From contig JANMKC010000190.1 in assembly GCA_031371785.1 (NCBI GenBank), positions 1 through 55,754 on the forward strand: DNA of 55,754 nt, given 5' to 3'. This document shows, piece by piece, positions 9,796-19,739 of this stretch; position 1 is the first letter of the stretch; each line of letters starts with the position of its first letter. Both the position numbers and the translations under genes were made by a program. Under the pieces are notes generated by a model. It worked only from the letters and a program-made list of their open reading frames with translations, did not search any database and was not told the DNA's origin. Origin of the DNA: Flavobacteriales bacterium (GTDB lineage: Bacteria > Bacteroidota > Bacteroidia > Flavobacteriales_F > PHOS-HE28).

Positions 9796-11142
9796 ATGTT
9801 CAAGAAGATCCTCATAGCGAACCGCGGCGAGATCGCCCTGCGCGTGATCCGCACCTGCCGCGAAATGGGCATCAAAACGGTGGCCGTGTACAGCACCGCC
9901 GACCGCGAGAGCCTGCACGTGCGCTTCGCCGATGAGGCCGTGTGCATCGGTCCACCGCCCAGCAAGGAGAGCTACCTGAACATGGTGCGCATCATCGCCG
10001 CAGCGGAGATCACCAATGCCGATGGCATCCATCCGGGCTACGGTTTCCTCAGCGAGAACGCCAAGTTCAGCAAGCTCTGCCAACAGCACGGCATCAAGTT
10101 CATCGGTGCCACACCGGAACAGATCGAAGCCATGGGCGACAAGGCCACCGCGAAGGCCACGATGAAGACCGCCGGCGTGCCGTGCATCCCCGGCAGCGAA
10201 GGACTGGTCACCGACCTCGCCTTGGCGAAGAAAGAAGCGAAGAAGATCGGCTATCCGATCATCCTGAAGGCGACTGCCGGTGGCGGTGGAAAAGGCATGC
10301 GCCAAGTGTGGAAGGAGGAAGAATTCGAACACGCTTTTGAGACGGCCAGCCAGGAGGCCGGTGCCGCATTCGGCAACGCGGGCATGTATATGGAGAAGTA
10401 CATCGAGGAGCCGCGCCACATCGAGATCCAGATCGCGGGTGATCAGTACGGCACCTTCTGCCACATGAGCGAGCGCGATTGCTCGATCCAGCGACGCCAC
10501 CAGAAACTTGTTGAAGAGACGCCTTCGCCCTTCATGACCAAGGCCCTGCGCAAGAAGATGGGCGAAGCGGCGATCAAGGCCGCAGCGAGCGTGAACTATG
10601 AAGGCGTGGGCACGGTGGAGTTCCTCGTGGACAAGAACCGGAACTTCTACTTCATGGAGATGAACACCCGGATCCAGGTGGAGCACACGATCACCGAGGA
10701 AGTGATCGACTACGACCTGGTTCGCGAGCAGATCAAGATCGCTGCGGGTGTTCCCATCTCCGGATTGAACTACGAGCCAACGCGCCACGCGATCCAGTGC
10801 CGCATCAACGCCGAGGATCCCTTCAACAACTTCCGCCCCACGCCCGGAAAGATCACGAGCTACCACAGCCCCGGAGGCCACGGTGTGCGCGTGGATACGC
10901 ACGTATACGCGGGCTATACGATACCGCCGAACTACGACAGCATGATCGCCAAGCTGATCGTAGTGGCCGCTACGCGCGAAGAGGCCTTGGCCAAAATGGA
11001 ACGTGCCCTCGGCGAATACGTGATCGAAGGGATCAGCACCACCATCCCCTTCCACCAACAGCTCTTCCAGAACGAGAAGTTCCGAGCAGGGGATTTCAAC
11101 ACGAAGTTTTTGGAGGGGTTTGAGTTGAAGAGGCCGGGGTAG
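9796..11142 (+). CDS. accC: acetyl-CoA carboxylase biotin carboxylase
   Basis: [52 protein letters not shown]. Confidence 0.98.
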   Translation: MFKKILIANRGEIALRVIRTCREMGIKTVAVYSTADRESLHVRFADEAVCIGPPPSKESYLNMVRIIAAAEITNADGIHPGYGFLSENAKFSKLCQQHGIKFIGATPEQIEAMGDKATAKATMKTAGVPCIPGSEGLVTDLALAKKEAKKIGYPIILKATAGGGGKGMRQVWKEEEFEHAFETASQEAGAAFGNAGMYMEKYIEEPRHIEIQIAGDQYGTFCHMSERDCSIQRRHQKLVEETPSPFMTKALRKKMGEAAIKAAASVNYEGVGTVEFLVDKNRNFYFMEMNTRIQVEHTITEEVIDYDLVREQIKIAAGVPISGLNYEPTRHAIQCRINAEDPFNNFRPTPGKITSYHSPGGHGVRVDTHVYAGYTIPPNYDSMIAKLIVVAATREEALAKMERALGEYVIEGISTTIPFHQQLFQNEKFRAGDFNTKFLEGFELKRPG

Positions 11143-11147
11143 GCCGG

Positions 11148-13967
11148 TCATTCATACGTGACCTTGGCGAACGGAAGTCTGTTCTTGAACTTGGTGATGA
11201 ACTCCTGTGCCTTCTCTTCGCTTGGAAAGTCGCGGTGACCGGTGAAGGTGAGTCCCTCAAACTTGGCCCTGACCGCATAGGCCCCGTTTACTTCGTCTTG
11301 GACGTAGGTCGGTTGCTCCGTACATAAGCGACGAATAGTCTTCATAAAGCCTTGTTGCCCTCCGGCAAGAACATTGGATGACGAGAGCACTCGAACATCG
11401 TTCTCATATATGTCGATCGTGAACTGACCGGGATGGCTGCTACCATTCCTTATCAAGAAGCTGTTGCGGAAGACCCGGTTCGCTCGTTCATCGAAATCCG
11501 GGAACATGAGGAGGTAGCCCGTTAATGCACCACCATGCACGGCCCGTGCAACGACCAGTATCAACCATAGTTTCAGCAGGCAAGCTTGTGCAATGGTGAT
11601 GATCTTAATCTGCTCGAATATGGCTTCGTTCACGCTACCAAACAGGACCATCAATGGTTGCATGCCAGCGTAGATCATCAGCCACCGGATCTCGGCTGTG
11701 TTCTGCCACATCAGCGTGCCATCGAAGCGCGCTATGAACAAAGCAAGAACAATGCTCACTAAAACGCCCGAAACCGTATTCCAAAGCAAAAGCCGTCCCT
11801 CATCTGGCGTGCTCAGGTCCGAGGCGCTTGACCACCTGTAGAACACCATGGCCCCCATGAGCACGAGCGCGCCGAACAGCATCCAGCTGAATCTGCGATA
11901 GAGCAGGCGTTTCTTTTTGTACCGCAAGCAGGTACGTGGCTTAGCGAGCTCCAAGAAAGACTGGAACAAAAAGAGGCCACTTGCGCCATTGAGAAGCACC
12001 AACACCATTGTCCTAAGCGCATCCGCTTGTCGAGTTGTGCCTGTAAGCAACCCCTTACCCCAAAGCTCCCATGCATAGAAGAGCACGAGGCAACCAAGGA
12101 AGGCGACGAACCGGGTCACGAACCGAGCTATTGCAGAATCGAGGTGCTGATTGTCCACCCAGACTTGTTCTTTGCTTTTCAACTTCTGGTCCGTAAGGGA
12201 GAGTTCATTCATCGATTCCCATGACGGCCAACGAAGAGTGAGACGATTCCAACGGCGCTTCGCTCTAACGGTATAATAGCAACTCCACCAGCGCATCAAA
12301 TTACCAACCTCGCGCTTTCGGTTTCCTCGGACAACGGATTTCCGACCGCTGAGCAACCAAATGGCACCCATCATTAGTCCAGACAGACAGACAGCCAGGT
12401 TCAGCCAGTCCAGCGGTTTTTCAAGTTCATGAAGAGCGACGTTAATAGCCTCAGGTCCTTTCCCCGAACCTATTTCCTTGTGGCTCAGCAAACCATACAG
12501 GGCAGTGATGACAATTAGCGCCATCGCGCCAAAGAATGTTCGCGATTTTTGCATTCGCCCAGCGATTGGTGTCCCTCTTCTGAGCTGGATTTCTGGTGCG
12601 CAGACCAGGTAGCAGAATATGCGCCCCTGAACGAGGGCATATTGAATGATGAAGAAGAAGTATAGCTTGAGAAAGAGCACCGCGTAGAGCGTGAACGCCT
12701 TGATCTCCACCATCTCCCCTGGGGGGAACACGGCGAAGAGGGTCTGAACCGCCGCATAGGCGTAAAGGACCCCGACCAGGTTCGATTGAAGTCCGATCAG
12801 TTTGCTGTCCAATCGGGAGATCAGAAGCATCATGACTACCGCAACGAAAAGGCCGGATACCCAATTCAGGACGATCGTAATACTGACGAGATCGCCAAAT
12901 GTGGGTTTACCAGCAATGGAGCAACCGACGAACAACGGGGCTACGAAGGCAACAAGAGCGGCGACCCCCGCCAGTACATATTTCCATCGAGTGGACCACT
13001 GCATCTTGCCCCATCGCCCAAGTCCTTCATTGGGCCGCCATAGTTGAAGGAAGCACAGCAGCAGAAAGACGCCCTCGATTGTGTTCAACACGAAACCTAC
13101 GTACTCGTCCTCAATGATCTTCATCAAGGAGAATATGCTCACTGGGTCCGATGTGATGGACTCATTCGGACAGTGCCCGTTGAACACCCGCACCTTGCAA
13201 TCGGCGCATGGGTTGGTGTTCTCATCCGGCGGGCGCGGGTCTGGTCTAAAGCAACTGTTATGGTTCGGGGACTCCTTCGCATCAATGCTCACCCAGGCAA
13301 CGCGAATGCTATCTACACGGAGATCTCGCTGAAGCTGAACTCGTTCGGCCTGGCGGGTTGTATCCTCCGCATCCCAAATGCTGTCCTTACGGACAATGCG
13401 CTGAACTTGCAGGGGCAGCCGGGTGCTGTTCCCCCCGACCCAAATGCTGTCAATGACGATTGCGGTCCCCCTTGTTTCTTTCGGCTCCTTGTCGTCCCAA
13501 GGGTTTTGACTGTTCCGAAAGGACCAGGCATAGTACATCAGTGTGCATGTTATGAACCCAAGGAAGTACAGTTTGAAATACCGCACGGCCTTTTCCGCAC
13601 TTTCTGTCTTGACTTTCCAGTCTTTCCAAATGTCTTCTTCGCGTGAATCCTTTGCACCAAAAAACAGGCTCTTCCAAAGGAACCCAGTTCGGGTGCGACC
13701 TTCTTGGTGGTCATCCAAATGGAATGCGAAGTAGATACAGGCGACAAGTAAGAGCGGGATATGAATGAGCGTGTTGATCCAAACCAATTGCCTTGCAGTG
13801 AGGTCCACATGACTGCCCAGTCCAGTGATGTAGTAGGTGAATGTCACAAAGCCGAGCACAGCCGCAATGGACTGTGATATCCACGCGATCGGATTGCCCT
13901 TCAGCCAAGCGAAGAAGGCTGGGTTGGGCAGGACCTTGCCGTGGGGCTCAGGGGCTGGGACGTTCAT
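11148..13967 (-). CDS. large multi-TM protein with an internally duplicated ~8-TM unit and a YegP/DUF1508-like C-terminus
   Basis: Long uninterrupted ORF with codon usage less GC-biased than the core genes; two alignable TM blocks; start at ATG 13967 or TTG 13976. Confidence 0.75.
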   Translation of the reverse strand: MNVPAPEPHGKVLPNPAFFAWLKGNPIAWISQSIAAVLGFVTFTYYITGLGSHVDLTARQLVWINTLIHIPLLLVACIYFAFHLDDHQEGRTRTGFLWKSLFFGAKDSREEDIWKDWKVKTESAEKAVRYFKLYFLGFITCTLMYYAWSFRNSQNPWDDKEPKETRGTAIVIDSIWVGGNSTRLPLQVQRIVRKDSIWDAEDTTRQAERVQLQRDLRVDSIRVAWVSIDAKESPNHNSCFRPDPRPPDENTNPCADCKVRVFNGHCPNESITSDPVSIFSLMKIIEDEYVGFVLNTIEGVFLLLCFLQLWRPNEGLGRWGKMQWSTRWKYVLAGVAALVAFVAPLFVGCSIAGKPTFGDLVSITIVLNWVSGLFVAVVMMLLISRLDSKLIGLQSNLVGVLYAYAAVQTLFAVFPPGEMVEIKAFTLYAVLFLKLYFFFIIQYALVQGRIFCYLVCAPEIQLRRGTPIAGRMQKSRTFFGAMALIVITALYGLLSHKEIGSGKGPEAINVALHELEKPLDWLNLAVCLSGLMMGAIWLLSGRKSVVRGNRKREVGNLMRWWSCYYTVRAKRRWNRLTLRWPSWESMNELSLTDQKLKSKEQVWVDNQHLDSAIARFVTRFVAFLGCLVLFYAWELWGKGLLTGTTRQADALRTMVLVLLNGASGLFLFQSFLELAKPRTCLRYKKKRLLYRRFSWMLFGALVLMGAMVFYRWSSASDLSTPDEGRLLLWNTVSGVLVSIVLALFIARFDGTLMWQNTAEIRWLMIYAGMQPLMVLFGSVNEAIFEQIKIITIAQACLLKLWLILVVARAVHGGALTGYLLMFPDFDERANRVFRNSFLIRNGSSHPGQFTIDIYENDVRVLSSSNVLAGGQQGFMKTIRRLCTEQPTYVQDEVNGAYAVRAKFEGLTFTGHRDFPSEEKAQEFITKFKNRLPFAKVTYE

Positions 13968-14206
13968 GGCTGGCAACCGAAGTCACTCAAAGATGATCCA
14001 GAATGTTCATTGCAACGTCCGGCGTGAGGTTATCGACTGGAGCGTCGAACCGAATCCCTACTGGCCCCCATCTGACACGAGTCTTCCGGTAACCTCGGCA
14101 CGGGAGTCAGGCCAGTTCGATAATATTCACGTGGTCCGCCGTCCTCCGTGCCTACGCTACTGGCGATGGAAGAGGGCGAAAGGGATGGCGGGGTCTGTGA
14201 CCCCAA

Positions 14207-14401
14207 CGATCCGCGGTCGAACGGGAGATCACCTCGCGCATGTCCTTCTCCAGGATACTGCGGGTCTTCACCTTGATCCTCCGAATGCTTTCCGAATGAT
14301 CGGCCACCGCGCGCTTGACCAACGGGTCGGACATCTCCCCTTCGATGCCGATCCAGTCCTTCAAGTGTTGGTTGGCCACGTCGAAGACCTCCTTGAGGTT
14401 C
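14207..14401 (-). pseudogene. 195-bp duplicate of the 3' half of the 14850-15281 gene
   Basis: Direct repeat of 14866-15060 with 9 substitutions and no indels. Confidence 0.85.
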
Positions 14402-14505
14402 TCCCTTTCCGGCGCTCGGCAATCCATTCCTCTGGTGCGCGCCGAGCGCCGCGAAGTTCTTCGGCCTCTTCCCCCTCCCCAACCAGCGGGCTTTTGTCCG
14501 CCGGA

Positions 14506-14841
14506 CTAAGCTGAGCCTTGCCCGAACACCACCGCGTTGATCTCGCGTAGCAACCGCTTGAACGCTGCTGGCTTCATCTTCTGCCGGTCCGGCGATACGT
14601 TGTCCGCAGGAAATCCACCGACCATGTGCAGGCGGACCTCGCATCGCTTGGACATCGGTGGTTCCACCATGTCGCTCGTCAGAGGGAAAGAGAATTCATC
14701 GTTCCAGTCGATCGTGGAGATCATCACGCACACTACCCAATCATCGTTGCCTTCATCCACGCTGAGGACAACAGCCGGATGTGGATGCGCCGAAACCGGA
14801 TAGCGAACGGTAACGATCTGTCGCTGCTCGATCCGGGCCAT
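14506..14841 (-). CDS. PemK/MazF-like toxin
   Basis: 111 aa; QRQIVTVRYP...HPAVVLS...VVCVMIST pattern and C-terminal helix match the MazF fold, with His in place of the usual Arg in RPAVV. Confidence 0.65.
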   Translation of the reverse strand: MARIEQRQIVTVRYPVSAHPHPAVVLSVDEGNDDWVVCVMISTIDWNDEFSFPLTSDMVEPPMSKRCEVRLHMVGGFPADNVSPDRQKMKPAAFKRLLREINAVVFGQGSA

Positions 14842-14849
14842 TGCGTCGG

Positions 14850-15281
14850 CTATCGCTTGGAAATGCGATCCGCGGTCGACCGGGAGATCACCTCGCGCAT
14901 GTCCTTCTCCAAAATGCTGCGGGTCTTCACCTTGATCCTCCGGATGCTTTCCGAATGATCGGCCACCGCGCGCCTGACCAACGGGTCGGACATCTCCCCT
15001 TCAATGCCGACCCAGTCCTTCAGGTGTTGGTTGGCCACGTCGAAGACCTCCTTGAGGTTCGCCGGGTCGAGCGAATCAAGAAATACAAGAAAGGCGGTGT
15101 TGCGATGCGTGTACGTCTCCACCAGCTTGGCGACATGCGCCCAACTTGGTGACATTCGGGGTGCTTTGTTCTTCCTCGCGATGATGGGGCGCAGGAAGGA
15201 GCCAACGACATCATCCCCCGCGAAGATCACGCGGTCGCGTACGATCCTCGATCGCTTAAGTGTGGTGTGGGGTAACGGCAT
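14850..15281 (-). CDS. hypothetical protein, putative antitoxin partner
   Basis: 143 aa from MPLPHTT; ends 8 nt before the MazF-like start; its duplicated half diverged mainly at synonymous sites, which supports this frame being coding. Confidence 0.6.
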   Translation of the reverse strand: MPLPHTTLKRSRIVRDRVIFAGDDVVGSFLRPIIARKNKAPRMSPSWAHVAKLVETYTHRNTAFLVFLDSLDPANLKEVFDVANQHLKDWVGIEGEMSDPLVRRAVADHSESIRRIKVKTRSILEKDMREVISRSTADRISKR

Positions 15282-15387
15282 GAAGTGGTCCCGCGAATGT
15301 ACTGTCTCGTGCCCTTCAACGCGCGACGCGATCCGCCAGTTCGGTACCCTCAAAGTTCGTTACCACTTGCGGGATACATTGCGTTGC

Positions 15388-15936
15388 ATGAGAACCCTCC
15401 TTCTCTTCTTCTGCACCGCACCGCTCGCTGTCCTCGCCCAGGACTATGTGCAGCAGCGCCCGGACAGCATGCACTATGCACCGCCGGGGAAGCAGGTGAA
15501 CATGGGCATCGGATTCGGATTCGATTATGGCGGCCTCGGTCTTCAATTGAACTACCTGCCGGAAAAGCACGTCGCCCTGTTCGCTGCGGGTGGGTATGTG
15601 TTCGTTGGCCTCGGGTACAACGTGGGCGCAGTGGGACGCATCCTTCCAGACCGTCGCGTTTGCCCATTCGTTACGGCGATGTACGGCTACAACGCCTTCA
15701 TCCAAGTGAAGGGAGCGGATGAGCTGAACAGGATCTACTACGGTCCCTCCTTCGGCGCGGGATGCGAGTTCCACAAGAAGTACACGAACAATTACTGGCG
15801 CGTCGCGCTCCTGATCCCCGTGCGGCCTGATGCCTTCCGTGATGACATCGATGCGCTCAAGCACAACCCGTCGATCAAGATCCAGTCGGAACCTCCGGGC
15901 TTCGGCATTAGCGGCGGCTACAACTTCTGGTTCTGA
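15388..15936 (+). CDS. putative small outer-membrane beta-barrel protein
   Basis: Signal peptide MRTLLLFFC...AQ, Gly/aromatic amphipathic strands, terminal GYNFWF. Confidence 0.7.
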   Translation: MRTLLLFFCTAPLAVLAQDYVQQRPDSMHYAPPGKQVNMGIGFGFDYGGLGLQLNYLPEKHVALFAAGGYVFVGLGYNVGAVGRILPDRRVCPFVTAMYGYNAFIQVKGADELNRIYYGPSFGAGCEFHKKYTNNYWRVALLIPVRPDAFRDDIDALKHNPSIKIQSEPPGFGISGGYNFWF

Positions 15937-15990
15937 TCCACGCATAACCGCGCGGTTACTTTGGCTCCCCTCTTGGGGCACCGATCACGC

Positions 15991-18900
15991 ATGCGCCGCC
16001 CGCTTCTCTTCCTTTTGATCGCCGCTTTTCCGGCGGCGATCGTTGCGCTGCTGAAAGAGCCTTCGCCGGAAGAACGGCTCAACGCGGAAGCCACGCGCCT
16101 GAACGGCCAGGTGGAGCAAGCGCAGGCCGAACTGCGCAGGATCAGCGACGACCTGTTGGACGCCGCGCACGCCATGGACTGCGCTAATTCCTCCGCAGGC
16201 TGGAAGATCGCGGATAGGCACAGCGCGCAACGATCCGCGCACGGGATCGAATACGCGATCTTCTGCAAGGGCGATCTGAAAGCTTGGAGCGGAAACCCGG
16301 TCGCCCCTGTGGCGGACACGGCCACTGGTGCGTTCATCCGCAATGCGAACGGTTGCTGGTTGCATGCGTTGGCGCGATCGTCTTCCGGCGTGGACGTACA
16401 CACCCTGCGTGCGCTGTGGTCGCAGCCACCCTTCGAGAATCGCTATCTCCACAAGCACTTCCACCCGTCGCTCCATGTGGGAACCGGAGTTGTGGCGGCA
16501 CTCGACGCGGGCCTTGGCCCGGTGGTGCATGACCGGAAGGGTGATGTGCTTTTCCGGCTGCAGTGGGCGAGCGATACACCGCCACCCGGAACGATCACAT
16601 GGCTCAGGCTCATGTTGCTCTTCGTTTGCGCCGCATTCGCACTTGCGGCATTGTGGGGCTGGCTTTCCAGCATCGCGATCCGTCGTGGTGCCTGGCTGTC
16701 CATCGGTGTGCTGTTGGCGATCATCACAGGTGCCCGCTGGTTGTCCTTGCACGCAGGACCGTGGCCCTTGCTTTCGGGCTTCCCGTTGTTCGATCCCGAT
16801 CTTTTCGCGGCTTCCGCAGTGCTGCCATCGCTCGGCGACCTGCTGGTCACGGTCGCATTGCTCGTTCTCCTGTGCGCGTTCGTGCGCAAGGTCTTGCGCG
16901 TTGCATCAACGCCCACGAGACCGGCCGTCGCCGTGCTCTTCGGCCTGCTCTTGCTCATCGCGTTCGCTGGCTGGATCAATATGGTGATGATCGCCCTCGT
17001 GCGCGACAGCCGCATCACGCTCGACCTGTTCCACGTGCAGAGCCTTGACGCCCATAGCGTGATCGCGCTTTTCGCCATTGCCTTCCTGCTCTTCGCATGG
17101 TTGCTGCTCGCTGATGCGCTCGTGCGATGGTGCGCGCCTGGACTTCGGCCCCGCATGCTTTCGCTTCTCGCCATCATCGCTTTCAGTGCCGCGCACGCCG
17201 CGTACCACCTGCATGGCAACTACGATTCGGTGCTGGTGCTATGGCCTCTGCCTCTGCTCCTCGCACTATTGCTAATACGGCGCGACCGGCCACGTTTCAC
17301 GCATGGTCTCTTGCTGGTCATCTCGCTTTCGTTGTTCACGGTCCATGTCCTGAACCGCCAGACATTCAAACGACAGGAGAGCGATCGTCTCGCCCTCGCC
17401 GAGGCCGCCAGCACGCGCGAGGATCCCGTGATCGAACTGCTCTTCCATGATGCGCGCAACGACATCGCTATCGATCGGGACGCGAACACGTTGATCGGTA
17501 CCGACAGTTCACGCATCTCCGCCGCCGAACTGGATCTGCGCCTTCGCCAGAATTTCTTTTCAGGCCCATGGAACAACTACGATGTGCGATTGCATCTCTT
17601 CAGCGGCTCCGGAACCTTGCGCGGGAGCACATCGCCGAACGCGCTCCCCACGCTGGACCAACTTCGTTCGCGCTTCGAGCAAGGCGTTCCTGTGGCGGGC
17701 GATCCCACGCTGCGCAATGTGCATCGACCTACTGAGGATGCGCTCTACATCGGCGTGATCGGCCCCATCGATGGCCCAGGTCGTGGACGGTTGATCGTGG
17801 AACTCCTGCCACGCGTGATGCCGGAGGGTCTTGGCTTCCCCGAACTGCTGCTGGCCGGTGATCGCGCTGTGGACCGCCGGTCCGACCGGTACGCGCGCGC
17901 GCGCTACGAGCGCGGTGCGCTCGTGGAAAGCTCGGGGCCCTTCGCGTTCCCCATCCATTGGACGCTCCCTGTGCCCGGCGATGGGCTGCTGCTCCAGCAA
18001 CAGGGTGTTGAACTGTTGGCCATCGGCGAAGTGGGCGGAACGCTGGTGGTGCTGGGGGTTTCCGCACCCACGTTGCTCGATCATGTGACCACGTTCTCCT
18101 ACGTGTTCATCTTCTTCGCGCTGCTCGGTGCAGGTTTTCTTGTGCTGCGCGCCCTCTTCACCGGGCGTGGTGTTCCACCGTTCGACGTGAGCGCCAAGTT
18201 GCGCGCCAAGTTGCGCGCCGGTATCCTCCTGTTCGCAGGAATCGCCCTTGTGCTGTTCGCCTTCGGGGCGCAACGCTTGTTGCGGAGGAACTACGCCGAT
18301 CATGCCGCGCAGCAGATCGATGAGCGCTCACGATCGGCCATCGCCGATCTGCGACGCCATGTACACCTCGAACAGGATATCGCCCCGAACATGCTGCGGG
18401 ATCTCGACCACTGGATCGATGACGCGAGCGAAGTACTGCTAACGGACCTCTCGCTCTATTCGCCCGAAGGAATGATGATCGCCACCTCGCGTGAGCAGGT
18501 CTTCACCAATGGCCTGCTTGGCCCGCGCATGGATCCGGATGCGTTCGTCGCGATGGCGATCCAGGGCAAAAGCGTTTTCGCACATGAGGAACGCATCGGT
18601 GACGCGGTTTTCCGTGCTGCGTACCGGCCACTGTTGAACGATCGTGGGCAGGTGCTCGCCTACCTCGCCGTGCCCTACTTCGCACGGCAGAGCGAAGTGG
18701 AGGAACAACGGACCGCGGGCTTCGTGGCCATCGTGAACCTCTTCGTGCTGCTCTTCGTGCTGAGCGTTGCGGCGGCGGCCATCATCACCACTTGGACCAC
18801 GCGGCCATTGCTGCTGCTGAAGCGGGGATTGGAGCGCATCGCACTTGGCGCGCGCAACGAACCGATCGTCTATCAGGGCAACGACGAGCTCGGTGATCTG

Positions 18901-19638
18901 GTGCGTGTGTACAACCGCAAGGTCGAAGAGCTGCGTGACAGCGCCGAGAAACTCGCGCGCAGCGAACGCGAAAGCGCGTGGAAGGAAATGGCCAAGCAAG
19001 TGGCGCACGAGATCAAGAACCCGCTCACGCCGATGAAGCTCGGCATCCAGCATTTCCAACGCTCATGGGATGCGGACGCGCCCGACGCAAAGGAGAAGCT
19101 CGATCGCTTCAGCGCGAGCATGGTGGAGCAGATCGATGCGCTAAGCCGCGTGGCCAGCGATTTCTCGCAGTTCGCGCAGATGAGCGCAGCGAACGAAACG
19201 GTGCTCGACCTGAACGAGGTGGCGAAGAGCGCCGTGGAACTTTTCAGCGGTGAACCGAACGTGGATATTTCGCTCAACACTTCATCGCCGTTAACGGTGA
19301 AGGCGGATCGTGAACACTTGTTGCGTGTGTTCAACAACCTGATCAAGAACGCGCTGCAATCCATTCCCGAAGGACGGCGCGGAAAGATCGATGTGATCCT
19401 GCGCAGCGAAGGGAACGAGGCCATCGCCGAAGTGCGCGACAACGGCAGCGGCATTCCGGAGGAAGCGCGCGAACGCATCTTCACGCCGAGCTTCACAACG
19501 AAAACGAGCGGTATGGGCCTCGGGCTGGCGATGGTGAAGAGGATGGTAGAACAGGCGGGGGGGAGAGTTTGGTTCGAGACGCGGATCAATGAATGCACCT
19601 CGTTCTTCGTAGCGCTACCGTTCGACCAATCGCACTGA
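15991..19638 (+). CDS. large membrane sensor histidine kinase (NtrY-like, HAMP-HisKA-HATPase)
   Basis: Many TM helices; DELGDL..YN HAMP; QVAHEIKNPLTP H-box; NLIKNA N-box; DNGSGI, FTTK and GMGLGL G-boxes. Confidence 0.93.
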   Translation: MRRPLLFLLIAAFPAAIVALLKEPSPEERLNAEATRLNGQVEQAQAELRRISDDLLDAAHAMDCANSSAGWKIADRHSAQRSAHGIEYAIFCKGDLKAWSGNPVAPVADTATGAFIRNANGCWLHALARSSSGVDVHTLRALWSQPPFENRYLHKHFHPSLHVGTGVVAALDAGLGPVVHDRKGDVLFRLQWASDTPPPGTITWLRLMLLFVCAAFALAALWGWLSSIAIRRGAWLSIGVLLAIITGARWLSLHAGPWPLLSGFPLFDPDLFAASAVLPSLGDLLVTVALLVLLCAFVRKVLRVASTPTRPAVAVLFGLLLLIAFAGWINMVMIALVRDSRITLDLFHVQSLDAHSVIALFAIAFLLFAWLLLADALVRWCAPGLRPRMLSLLAIIAFSAAHAAYHLHGNYDSVLVLWPLPLLLALLLIRRDRPRFTHGLLLVISLSLFTVHVLNRQTFKRQESDRLALAEAASTREDPVIELLFHDARNDIAIDRDANTLIGTDSSRISAAELDLRLRQNFFSGPWNNYDVRLHLFSGSGTLRGSTSPNALPTLDQLRSRFEQGVPVAGDPTLRNVHRPTEDALYIGVIGPIDGPGRGRLIVELLPRVMPEGLGFPELLLAGDRAVDRRSDRYARARYERGALVESSGPFAFPIHWTLPVPGDGLLLQQQGVELLAIGEVGGTLVVLGVSAPTLLDHVTTFSYVFIFFALLGAGFLVLRALFTGRGVPPFDVSAKLRAKLRAGILLFAGIALVLFAFGAQRLLRRNYADHAAQQIDERSRSAIADLRRHVHLEQDIAPNMLRDLDHWIDDASEVLLTDLSLYSPEGMMIATSREQVFTNGLLGPRMDPDAFVAMAIQGKSVFAHEERIGDAVFRAAYRPLLNDRGQVLAYLAVPYFARQSEVEEQRTAGFVAIVNLFVLLFVLSVAAAAIITTWTTRPLLLLKRGLERIALGARNEPIVYQGNDELGDLVRVYNRKVEELRDSAEKLARSERESAWKEMAKQVAHEIKNPLTPMKLGIQHFQRSWDADAPDAKEKLDRFSASMVEQIDALSRVASDFSQFAQMSAANETVLDLNEVAKSAVELFSGEPNVDISLNTSSPLTVKADREHLLRVFNNLIKNALQSIPEGRRGKIDVILRSEGNEAIAEVRDNGSGIPEEARERIFTPSFTTKTSGMGLGLAMVKRMVEQAGGRVWFETRINECTSFFVALPFDQSH

Positions 19639-19739
19639 GTTCGACGAACTGCGTTCTGTTCACAAGTGCGACCGGGGTTACCACCAGTGGGTTCGCGGCT
19701 TCGGCATCTTGCCATCATCAACAACGGTGACCCTCCCCA

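Noticed and set aside
14207-15060. Diversity-generating retroelement TR/VR pair
   Set aside because: Mismatches are not confined to adenines of one copy, are mostly synonymous, and there is no reverse transcriptase in the window.
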